The notes: generated by a model not told the origin, from the letters alone. A stretch of DNA of 24,000 nt from Terrisporobacter mayombei (GCF_031202285.1 NZ_CP101637.1); one strand, 5' to 3'. Shown: positions 8,513 through 16,309, numbered from the stretch's first letter. Translations and numbers: made by a program.

Positions 8513-9034
8513 TTAATATTTAATATATATTAATTCAGATTCATTATATCTAGCAATAGCGTAAATTAAATCGGAAAGTCTGTTTACATATTTCAATAAC
8601 TGTGGATTGACAGTTTCAACTTTACTAAGAGAAAAAATTCTTCTTTCAGCCTTTCTACAAATTGTTCTAGCTATATGTAAATTAGCAGAAATTAAGCTAG
8701 TTCCAGGAACTATAAAAGCATTCATTTTATCAATTTTTGAAATATAAGAATCTATAATTTTTTCCAATGACCTTACATCATCATCAGTTATAGGTGTTTT
8801 ATATTTTCCCTCTTCCTTAGTTGCTAATTCAGCAGATACAGCAAATAATTTTATTTGTATGCTTCTTAAAATTTCTTTATCTTCATCTTTAGCATAATTT
8901 GTGCAAAGACCTATGTAAGAATTTAATTCGTCTAAAGTTCCGTAAGATTCAACTCGCATATCATCTTTATCAACTCTACTTCCGTCATATAGAGAGGTTT
9001 TACCTTTATCACCTGTCTTAGTATATATTTTCAT
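8513..9034 (-). CDS. ATP:cob(I)alamin adenosyltransferase, PduO type
   Basis: N-terminus MKIYTKTGDKGKTSLYDGSRVDKDD is the PduO/MMAB-family signature. 173 aa. RBS AAGGAGGA. Confidence 0.9.
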   Translation of the reverse strand: MKIYTKTGDKGKTSLYDGSRVDKDDMRVESYGTLDELNSYIGLCTNYAKDEDKEILRSIQIKLFAVSAELATKEEGKYKTPITDDDVRSLEKIIDSYISKIDKMNAFIVPGTSLISANLHIARTICRKAERRIFSLSKVETVNPQLLKYVNRLSDLIYAIARYNESELIYIKY

Positions 9035-9232
9035 AATTGTCCTCCTTATATATTTTTATTAATAATATACCCATAGATAACTAGTACATATTTAAATATT
9101 TATTAAAGATGACACATTAGAATACGAAATTGTGGGTATATACTAATTATAAAACGAATTTATCAAAATTGTTGATGATATAAAAATTAATAAATAATAA
9201 ACTAATAATTATAATCTACGGAGGAAAATAAA

Positions 9233-10057
9233 ATGGCAAATTGTAATTCATGTCCATCAAAAAATAATTGTAATAAACAAGATACTTGTACAATAGAAAA
9301 TAATCCAAACAATAAAATAAAAAATATAATAGGTGTTATGAGTGGAAAAGGTGGAGTAGGAAAATCTACGATAACATCACTAATAGCGAAAAAACTTAGT
9401 AAGGAAGGATACAAAGTAGGAATATTAGATGCAGATATAACAGGACCAAGTATTCCAAGACTTATGGGAGTACAACATGAAAGAGCATTTTCAAACAATG
9501 GAAAAGATATTTATCCGATAATAACTAAAGAAAATATAAAGACCATGTCAGTAAACTTTATGGTAAATGATGAAAGTCAGCCAGTAGTATTTAAAGGGCC
9601 ATTAGTAAGTAATACAATAAAACAGTTTTACAAAGATGTAATATGGGAAGAGTTAGATTATTTATTAATAGATATGCCTCCTGGAACAGGAGATGTGGCT
9701 CTTACAGTTATGCAATCTTTACCTTTAACTGGAATGATTATGGTATCTGTTCCTCAAGATATGATATCCATGATAGTTGCAAAAGGTGTAAATATGGCAA
9801 ATACACTAAATATAAATATATTAGGTGTGGTAGAAAATATGAGTTATATTGAATGTCCAGATTGTAATAAAAAGATTAAGTTATTTGATGGAGAAGAAAC
9901 AGAAACATTCTTGGAAGAAATGAATTTGGATCTTTTAGGAGAATTACCAATGACTAGAGAAATTGTGGAAATTACTCATAAGGGATCAGAAGAAATAAGT
10001 GAAGAATTAGAAAATATTTTAAGCAATATAGTAGAAAAAATAAATAAAAAATTATAA
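9233..10057 (+). CDS. mrp: Mrp/NBP35/ApbC-family Fe-S cluster carrier ATPase
   Basis: Deviant Walker A SGKGGVGKST, DMPPGTGD, C-terminal CPDC motif, and a Cys-rich N-terminus (CNSCPSKNNCNKQDTC). RBS GGAGGA. Confidence 0.9.
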   Translation: MANCNSCPSKNNCNKQDTCTIENNPNNKIKNIIGVMSGKGGVGKSTITSLIAKKLSKEGYKVGILDADITGPSIPRLMGVQHERAFSNNGKDIYPIITKENIKTMSVNFMVNDESQPVVFKGPLVSNTIKQFYKDVIWEELDYLLIDMPPGTGDVALTVMQSLPLTGMIMVSVPQDMISMIVAKGVNMANTLNINILGVVENMSYIECPDCNKKIKLFDGEETETFLEEMNLDLLGELPMTREIVEITHKGSEEISEELENILSNIVEKINKKL

Positions 10058-10165
10058 AAAAGCTGAATTATATAAAATTATATCAAAATGGGCTTGTTAA
10101 AATTATTAAAAGTACTATAAATAGTGATACATTTATTTCTAGAGCAAGAGGAGACTTTAAAGGTT

Positions 10166-10222
10166 ATGACTGTATTTGGTATTAGACTAGAGGCTATAAA
10201 AATGGTTCCTCTAGTGAAGTAA
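10166..10222 (+). pseudogene. 5' remnant of a UDP-N-acetylglucosamine 2-epimerase (wecB/mnaA-type) gene
   Basis: An 18-codon ORF, MTVFGIRLEAIKMVPLVK-stop, preceded by AGGAGA. It matches the conserved N-terminus of non-hydrolysing UDP-GlcNAc 2-epimerases (MTVFGTRPEAIKMAPLV) with substitutions, then stops. A terminator follows 18 nt later. Confidence 0.55.
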
Positions 10223-10239
10223 TTAGAATCTAGGGAAGA

Positions 10240-10270
10240 AAAAGATAGTATATTATTATACTATCTTTTT
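10240..10270 (+). terminator. Rho-independent terminator
   Basis: Perfect 13-bp stem AAAAGATAGTATA (10240-10252), loop TTAT, TATACTATCTTTT (10257-10269), ending in a T-run. Confidence 0.8.
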
Positions 10271-10291
10271 ATGTTTTAAATAAAATTATAT

Positions 10292-10300
10292 TGGTATAAT
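10292..10300 (+). promoter_or_regulatory. Extended -10 promoter element for bcp
   Basis: TGGTATAAT (TGnTATAAT) lies 38 nt upstream of ATG 10338. There is no good -35. Confidence 0.35.
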
Positions 10301-10337
10301 ATGTAATATAAATATATATAAGTAGGAGTTGAAAAAA

Positions 10338-10793
10338 ATGTTAGAAGTAGGAGTAAAAGCGCCTGAATTTAAATTACAAGATAAGGAAGGAAATGAAGTA
10401 AGTTTATCTGATTTTAAAAATAAAAAAGTAGTATTGTATTTTTACCCAAGAGATAATACGCCTGGATGTACTAAGCAAGCATGTGCTTTCAGAGATAGTT
10501 ATGAAGAATTCACATTAAAGGATATAGTAGTAATAGGAATAAGCAAAGATAGTGTAAAATCACACAGTAATTTTGCTACAAAGCATGAACTACCGTTTAT
10601 ATTACTATCAGATCCTGAACTTGAAGCAATAAAGGCTTACGATGTATGGCAGGAGAAGAAGTTATATGGAAAAGTTAGTATGGGTGTGGTAAGAACAACA
10701 TATATTATAGACGAAAATGGAATTATAGAAAAAGTGTACAACAAAGTTAAAACTGACAAAAATGCAGGAGAAATATTAGAGTACTTAGGTTAG
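10338..10793 (+). CDS. bcp: Thiol peroxidase / peroxiredoxin Bcp
   Basis: Motifs VVLYFYPRDNTPGCTKQAC (peroxidatic Cys in the PxxxTxxC context). About 151 aa. Start placed at ATG 10338 (MLEVGVKAPEF) because the track TTG at 10329 is only 1 nt from the RBS AGGAG. Confidence 0.9.
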   Translation: MLEVGVKAPEFKLQDKEGNEVSLSDFKNKKVVLYFYPRDNTPGCTKQACAFRDSYEEFTLKDIVVIGISKDSVKSHSNFATKHELPFILLSDPELEAIKAYDVWQEKKLYGKVSMGVVRTTYIIDENGIIEKVYNKVKTDKNAGEILEYLG

Positions 10794-10974
10794 GGTAGAT
10801 ATAAGTAAACCAAATTTGCAGGTTATATATATCTAAGTGTGTCTTATAACAAGTTACTGTAGCTGTATGTATTGATTATATTATTGAGTTTTGGGAAAGT
10901 GTATATTTAAGTTAAATTAAATAAAAATATATTTTATTATCGACATGATAAAGCGAATGTAGAAATAAAAAGTA

Positions 10975-11003
10975 TTGACATTAAAAAAGAAATGATATAA
11001 TAT
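10975..11003 (+). promoter_or_regulatory. Candidate sigma-A promoter of the PTS operon
   Basis: TTGACA (10975-10980) followed by TGATATAATAT. Possible -10 readings are TATAAT at a 15-nt spacer or TAATAT at 17 nt. It sits about 130 nt upstream of the first RAT element. Confidence 0.4.
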
Positions 11004-11137
11004 CTAAATATAATAATATTAATAAACGACAAGATAACGTTTTTTACTTTATGAATTGTTAATGTTTGTTTAAAATAATTAAATATATATTAATAATTTA
11101 ATTATTCATGAAAATAAAATAATAGTAAAATCTTTTA

Positions 11138-11165
11138 GGATTGTAACTGATAAGCAGGCAAAACC
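11138..11165 (+). promoter_or_regulatory. RAT (ribonucleic antiterminator) element 1
   Basis: GGATTGTAACTGATAAGCAGGCAAAACC closely matches the BglG/SacY/LicT-family RAT consensus (GGATTGTTACTG...GCAGGCAAAACC). Its 3' end overlaps the left arm of the following terminator. Confidence 0.85.
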
Positions 11166-11230
11166 TAAATCACTAAATACAGTTTATATATTTTTGATAT
11201 ATAAATTGTATTTAGTGATTTAGGTTTTTT
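11160..11230 (+). terminator. Conditional terminator 1 (leader of the antiterminator gene)
   Basis: Long stem AAACCTAAATCACTAAATACA ... TGTATTTAGTGATTTAGGTTT, followed by TTTTT. Confidence 0.8.
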
Positions 11231-11373
11231 AATATTTAAAATAATTTGCTAATAATTATGTTAAATATTAAAAAATTAGGAGTTAATAATAATCACAACA
11301 GCTTTTATAATTTATAAAAAAGTAATAATTTTTATGTTTTATTTATATAAATATTTTTTAGGAGGAGTAACTA

Positions 11374-12210
11374 GTGTATATTAAAAAAATATTTAATAAC
11401 AATGTGGTCTTGACGATATTAGATAATAATACAGAAGCTATAATTACAGGAGCTGGGGTTGGTTTTAAAAAAAAGCCAGGGGATTTCATAGATGAAAATT
11501 TAATATCAAAGAGTTATATAATACAAGACAATCAAAGATATAGATATAATCAAATATTAAATGATACTTCTATTGAGTACTTTAGAATATCAGAGGAAAT
11601 AATAGAAAAAGCAAACGATATGTTGGAAAATTATGTTGATGATTCTATAATAATATCTTTGACAAGCCATATTAAGTTTGCAGTTGAGAGAGAACAACAG
11701 GGAATAAAACTTCCTAATTTAATTTTGAATGAAACTAAGTATTTATATAAAGAAGAGTTTAAAATAGGATTATGGGCAATTGACCATATTTATAATGTAA
11801 TAGGAATAAAACTTCCAGTTGATGAAGCAGGGTATATAGCTATTCATATAATTAATGGATTAGTAAATACTAAAGAAAATGAGGGAATTAGTATTTTAGA
11901 ATTTTCAAAAGAGGTAGTTGATATAATTGAAAATATTTATGAATGTAAATTAGATCAAGAATCAATGGGTTATATGAGACTTATGACTCATTTGAAATTT
12001 TTTGTACAACGAATTTTAAAAAAAGAGAGTTATGAAGATAGTAGAATGGATAGTATGTATAAAATAATCAATAAGAGATTTATTAACTCTAAAAAATGCA
12101 TTGATGAAATATCTAAACTAGTATTAGAAAAATTTGAATACGATATAAGTAGTTCTGAGGAATTATATTTGATGATACATATAAATAAAATAACTACCAA
12201 TGAATTTTAG
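11374..12210 (+). CDS. BglG/LicT/SacY-family PRD-containing transcription antiterminator
   Basis: CAT domain MYIKKIFNNNVVL...GAGVGFKKKPGD. Two PRDs, each with paired conserved His (SHIKFAVER / IAIHIING; THLKFFVQR / LMIHINK). GTG start preceded by AGGAGGAG. Confidence 0.9.
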   Translation: MYIKKIFNNNVVLTILDNNTEAIITGAGVGFKKKPGDFIDENLISKSYIIQDNQRYRYNQILNDTSIEYFRISEEIIEKANDMLENYVDDSIIISLTSHIKFAVEREQQGIKLPNLILNETKYLYKEEFKIGLWAIDHIYNVIGIKLPVDEAGYIAIHIINGLVNTKENEGISILEFSKEVVDIIENIYECKLDQESMGYMRLMTHLKFFVQRILKKESYEDSRMDSMYKIINKRFINSKKCIDEISKLVLEKFEYDISSSEELYLMIHINKITTNEF

Positions 12211-12237
12211 GATTGTAACTGCTAGGCAGGCAAAACC
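12210..12237 (+). promoter_or_regulatory. RAT element 2
   Basis: GGATTGTAACTGCTAGGCAGGCAAAACC, identical to RAT 1 at 26 of 28 positions. Its first base is the last base of the antiterminator stop codon. Confidence 0.85.
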
Positions 12238-12297
12238 TAAATCATTGAACTAAATATATTATATATATATTTAATTCAGTGGTTTAGGTTTTTTTGT
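12233..12297 (+). terminator. Conditional terminator 2 (upstream of the EIICB gene)
   Basis: Stem AAACCTAAATCATTGAA ... TTCAGTGGTTTAGGTTT, followed by TTTTTT. Confidence 0.8.
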
Positions 12298-12366
12298 ATC
12301 TAGAATGTTTATATGCGAACTGATTCGCTGATAATAATTTTTTAAAATTAAAAAGGAGATAAAATT

Positions 12367-13932
12367 ATGAGCAAAGGTAAAAAAACAAATTTTTGGAATT
12401 TCTTCCAAATGCTGGGGAAAACATTTATGTTCCCAATAGCATTACTTAGTATTTCGGGTATGATGTTAGGTATAGGAGCAGGATTTACAGATCCTAATAT
12501 GATTGGAATGATTCCTTTTTTAGGAAATAAATATGTTAACTTATTCCTTCAATTAATGACATCATTAGGCTTATTTGCATTTAGCAACTTGGGAGCACTA
12601 TTTGCAATGGCAATACCACTAGGGCTACTTAAGAAAGAAAAAGAAATAGGAGCATTTAGTGCTTTAGTAGGTTTTATAGCAATGCACTTAGGAACAAACT
12701 TCTATTTAAATCAAGCAGGGTTATTAGTACCAGCTGAAGATATGGCCATAAATGGTCAAGCAATGATCATGGGGATACAATCATATAATACAAGTGTTTT
12801 AGGTGGTATCATAACAGGTTTAATAATATATGCAATACATGATAAAGTTACTAATTTTAAAATGCCAGAGTCATTAGGGTTTTATAGTGGGGCTAGATTA
12901 GTTCCAATAGTATCATTATTACTAATGGGAGCTGTTGGATTAATAGTTCCCATAGTATGGCCACCAGTACTACATGGATTCCAAACAGTAGGTTCTTGGA
13001 TTTCATCGTCAGGACCGATAGGATACTTTGCATACGCAGCAGCTGAGAGAATTACAATACCATTTGGTTTAAATCACTTAGTAACATCTACATTCCGTTT
13101 CACTCCAATAGGAGGAAGTGCAGTTATAGGTGGACAAGAATATTTTGGAACATTAAATATGTTTATGGCTTATGTAGAGAACAATCAAATTATACCTTTA
13201 GATTTAGCTGGTAAGATGGAACAAGGTAAGTTGATGATACAATATGGATTAGCAGGTGCAGCATTAGCAATATATCGTACAGCAAAACCAGAAAAGAGAA
13301 AAGCTATAAAAGGCCTTTTAATTTCAGGTGTACTAACAGTTATAATTGGTGGAATAAGTGAACCGATAGAATTCTTATTCTTATTCATATCTCCTGCATT
13401 ATTTGCATTCCATACTGTAATGAATGGTCTTGGAAATATGATACTACCATATCTTGGAGTACATATGGGGTTCACTGGAGACTTAATACAGTTTTTAACA
13501 TTTGGAGTTTTAAGAGGAACAGAGACAGGCTGGCCAATGGCAGTAGCTGTAGCAGCTCTATACTTCGTAATATACTATTCTGTTTTCAAGTGGGCTATTG
13601 TTAAATTTAATATAAAAACTCCAGGTAGAGAAGATGAAGATATTGAAATAGGAAATAACGGAGGTTCAGATTTCAACGGACTATCAACTTATAAAGGACA
13701 ACAGATGATAGCTGCATTAGGTGGAAGAGATAATATAGTTTCTCTAGACAATTGTGTAACTAGACTTCGTTTAGGTTTAAAAGACGTATCTAAAATAAAT
13801 GAATCAGCAATTAAACAAGCTGGAGGAATTGCAGTAGTAAAGTTAAATGATAATGCAATTCAAGTAATAGTAGGAACAAAAGTATATGCACTTAGAAAGC
13901 AAATGGACAAAGTACTTGATGGGGCAATATAA
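12367..13932 (+). CDS. malX: PTS glucose-family EIICB component, MalX-like
   Basis: N-terminus FWNFFQMLGKTFMFPIALLSISGMMLGIGAGF is collinear with E. coli MalX (LWEFFQQLGKTFMLPVALLSFCGIMLGIG). Polytopic EIIC. C-terminal EIIB with phospho-Cys motif NCVTRLRL. RBS AAGGAGA. Confidence 0.85.
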   Translation: MSKGKKTNFWNFFQMLGKTFMFPIALLSISGMMLGIGAGFTDPNMIGMIPFLGNKYVNLFLQLMTSLGLFAFSNLGALFAMAIPLGLLKKEKEIGAFSALVGFIAMHLGTNFYLNQAGLLVPAEDMAINGQAMIMGIQSYNTSVLGGIITGLIIYAIHDKVTNFKMPESLGFYSGARLVPIVSLLLMGAVGLIVPIVWPPVLHGFQTVGSWISSSGPIGYFAYAAAERITIPFGLNHLVTSTFRFTPIGGSAVIGGQEYFGTLNMFMAYVENNQIIPLDLAGKMEQGKLMIQYGLAGAALAIYRTAKPEKRKAIKGLLISGVLTVIIGGISEPIEFLFLFISPALFAFHTVMNGLGNMILPYLGVHMGFTGDLIQFLTFGVLRGTETGWPMAVAVAALYFVIYYSVFKWAIVKFNIKTPGREDEDIEIGNNGGSDFNGLSTYKGQQMIAALGGRDNIVSLDNCVTRLRLGLKDVSKINESAIKQAGGIAVVKLNDNAIQVIVGTKVYALRKQMDKVLDGAI

Positions 13933-13975
13933 GAATCAGTAATGGCTTAAAACTTAAGTGCATGGAGGAATATAA

Positions 13976-15151
13976 ATGATTGATTTTAACAAAGAAGTAG
14001 ATAGATTGGGTACATATTGTACCCAATGGGATTATGTAGAAGATAGATTTGGTAAGAAAAATTTACTTCCATTTACTATTTCAGATATGGACTTAGAATA
14101 TCCAGATGAAGTTGCACAAGTACTTCAACAAAGGTTAGATCATAGGGTTCTGGGATATAGTAGATGGAAACATGATGACTTTAGAAATTCAATAAAAAAT
14201 TGGTACTCAAAAAGATTTAATTGTAATATTGATTCAGAGTGGATTTATTATAGTCCAAGTGTAATGTATTCAATTAGTAAATTAATTGAAATATTTAGTA
14301 AAGATGGAGATGGCGTACTTCTAAATACACCAGCATATAATGCATTCTATGATGTATTAAGAACTAATAATCGTAAGGTTATTAAATCTCCTCTAAAAAA
14401 TGAGAATGGACATTATTCAATAGATTTTGAGGATTTCAAAGAAAAATGTAAGGAATCAAAGTTATTTATACTATGCAATCCACACAATCCTACAGGTAGA
14501 GTATGGACAGAAGAAGAATTAATAAAAATGATAAATATCTGTAAAGAGTATGATGTAAAAATTATTTCTGATGATATACATATGGACATAGTGTATGGAT
14601 CGAGAATGACACCTATACTAAAGGTAGCTGAGGATTATTTAGATTCAATATATATATGTACATCACCATCAAAATCTTTTAATATACCAGCATTAACGGG
14701 CTCTTATGTAATTATACCAGAGGCTAAAACAAGGGATAGATTTGAAAATATAGTAAGATATAGAGACTTTGTAAATTCGCCTGCAATTCTATCTGTATTA
14801 GCAACAATGACTTGTTACAACGATTGTGAATACTGGATTGAAGAATTATTGAATCATCTTGAAAATAATTTGAAATACACAATTTCATATTTAGAAGAAT
14901 ATTTACCACAATTAAAATTAAAAATGCCACAAGGATGCTACTTTGCTTGGATAGATTTCTCAGAATTAAATATACCTGGAGAACAATTTCAAAAAATGTT
15001 GATTGATATTGGAGAAGTGGCGATAATGAATGGTCATGTTTATGGAGAAGAGTGCGAGTTTTACTTGAGATTAAATGTAGCATGTTCTAGAGACAAGCTT
15101 ATAGATGGATTAGATAGATTAAAAAAGACTATAGATTATATAAAATTGTAA
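13976..15151 (+). CDS. malY: MalY/PatB-type PLP-dependent cystathionine beta-lyase-like C-S lyase
   Basis: Collinear with E. coli MalY as I recall it: VDRLGTYCTQWDYVEDRFG..LLPFTISDMD, NPHNPTGRVWT, ISDDIHMD, SPSKSFNIPALTG (PLP lysine). RBS GGAGGA. Confidence 0.85.
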   Translation: MIDFNKEVDRLGTYCTQWDYVEDRFGKKNLLPFTISDMDLEYPDEVAQVLQQRLDHRVLGYSRWKHDDFRNSIKNWYSKRFNCNIDSEWIYYSPSVMYSISKLIEIFSKDGDGVLLNTPAYNAFYDVLRTNNRKVIKSPLKNENGHYSIDFEDFKEKCKESKLFILCNPHNPTGRVWTEEELIKMINICKEYDVKIISDDIHMDIVYGSRMTPILKVAEDYLDSIYICTSPSKSFNIPALTGSYVIIPEAKTRDRFENIVRYRDFVNSPAILSVLATMTCYNDCEYWIEELLNHLENNLKYTISYLEEYLPQLKLKMPQGCYFAWIDFSELNIPGEQFQKMLIDIGEVAIMNGHVYGEECEFYLRLNVACSRDKLIDGLDRLKKTIDYIKL

Positions 15152-15164
15152 GAGGAGAAGTATT

Positions 15165-15758
15165 ATGAAATATTTAGAAATAGTTATAGATGTAATGAAT
15201 AAAGAGATGCAAGCTATAAAATCATTAATTGAATATGTGAATGAAGATTATGAAATTATAATAGATGAAATATTAAACTGTAAAGGAAAAGTAATCTTTC
15301 TAGGCGTAGGTAAATCAGGGCATATAGGAAAAAAATTAGCGGCAACTTTTGCTAGTACGGGAACACCAAGTTTCTTTGTACATGGTACAGAGTCTGTTCA
15401 TGGTGACTTAGGAATGATAGAAAAAGATGATATTGTAATTTTAATTTCAAATAGTGGGAATACAATGGAAGTAGTAAACTGTATACCTTTTATAAAGAAT
15501 ATAGGAGCTAAAACAATTGCAATTACTTCAGGTAAAGAGTCAAAATTAGGTCAAGGATGTGATTATGCATTAATATATCCAAAAGAAGTAGAGTCAGATC
15601 ACTTAAATTTAGCACCTACTTCATCATCTACAATGACTTTGGTTCTGGGAGATGCAATAGCATGTACAGTATCTAAGCTTAAAAACTTTACTTCATCAGA
15701 TTTTTACAAATATCATCCAGGTGGGAGCTTAGGTGAAAAATTAAAAACAGTTAACTAG
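15165..15758 (+). CDS. Single-domain SIS protein of the KdsD/GutQ/KpsF arabinose-5-phosphate isomerase type, lacking CBS domains
   Basis: GVGKSGHIGKKLAATFASTGTPSFFVHGTESVHGDLGMI is near-identical in pattern to the KdsD/GutQ SIS core. At 197 aa the tandem CBS pair is absent. RBS GAGGAGA. Confidence 0.8.
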   Translation: MKYLEIVIDVMNKEMQAIKSLIEYVNEDYEIIIDEILNCKGKVIFLGVGKSGHIGKKLAATFASTGTPSFFVHGTESVHGDLGMIEKDDIVILISNSGNTMEVVNCIPFIKNIGAKTIAITSGKESKLGQGCDYALIYPKEVESDHLNLAPTSSSTMTLVLGDAIACTVSKLKNFTSSDFYKYHPGGSLGEKLKTVN

Positions 15759-15785
15759 GCAAGTCAAGAGAGGAGAATCAAGTAT

Positions 15786-16265
15786 ATGTTTAAGCTTTTA
15801 AAGAAAGAGAATAAAAAAATATTAAAATCACCTACAGAAGGAAAAATTATAGATTTATCAGAAGTTGAAGATAATGTTTTTTCTCAAAAAATAATGGGAG
15901 AAGGAGTTGCAATAGATACGATAGGCGACATAATATCTTCACCTATTAAAGGAAATCTAGCTTTAATAACTGAGACTAAACATGCATTTGTTATAGAATC
16001 AGAAAATGGAATGGAAGTTTTGGTTCATATAGGTATAGATACAGTTAATTTAAAAGGAGAAGGTTTTGAAATTTTAGCTGAAGCAGGAACAGAAGTTAAG
16101 GTAGGGCAACCTATTATAAAAGTAGATAGAGAATTTATTAAATCTAAAGGTTATTCTTTAGTTACTCCAGTTATAGTGACTAATCACTCTGATTATAATG
16201 TTAGTACATGCAATATTGGTGAATTAGCTCAAAGTGCAGTAACTGATATAATAAAATACAAATAG
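15786..16265 (+). CDS. PTS EIIA, glucose family (Crr-like)
   Basis: KHAFVIESENGMEVLVHIGIDTVNLKGEGF carries the two conserved His of EIIA(Glc). 159 aa. RBS AGAGGAGA. Confidence 0.9.
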   Translation: MFKLLKKENKKILKSPTEGKIIDLSEVEDNVFSQKIMGEGVAIDTIGDIISSPIKGNLALITETKHAFVIESENGMEVLVHIGIDTVNLKGEGFEILAEAGTEVKVGQPIIKVDREFIKSKGYSLVTPVIVTNHSDYNVSTCNIGELAQSAVTDIIKYK

Positions 16266-16277
16266 AAAATTATTAAG

Positions 16278-16309
16278 GGTTTCATATGAAGAAATATGAA
16301 ACCTTTATT
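16278..16309 (+). terminator. Terminator ending the PTS operon
   Basis: GGTTTCATAT (16278-16287), loop GAAGAA, ATATGAAACC (16294-16303), then TTTATT. Confidence 0.65.

Noticed and set aside
9035-9232. Possible cobalamin riboswitch next to the corrinoid adenosyltransferase gene
   Set aside because: There is no B12-box-like GC-rich core (GCCACTG-type) and no conserved multi-stem junction. The region is almost pure AT apart from the two short inverted-repeat arms.
10940-11060. Possible CcpA cre site in the PTS operon promoter region (around TGATAAAGCGAATGTA and AACGACAAGATAACGTT)
   Set aside because: Neither aligns acceptably to the cre consensus WTGNAANCGNWNNCW when the central CG is fixed, with several mismatches at invariant positions.
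13185-15083. Minus-strand ORFs 13185-13475 and 14724-15083
   Set aside because: They are antisense to the EIICB and MalY-like genes, which have unambiguous family motifs. They have no start context and are shadow ORFs.
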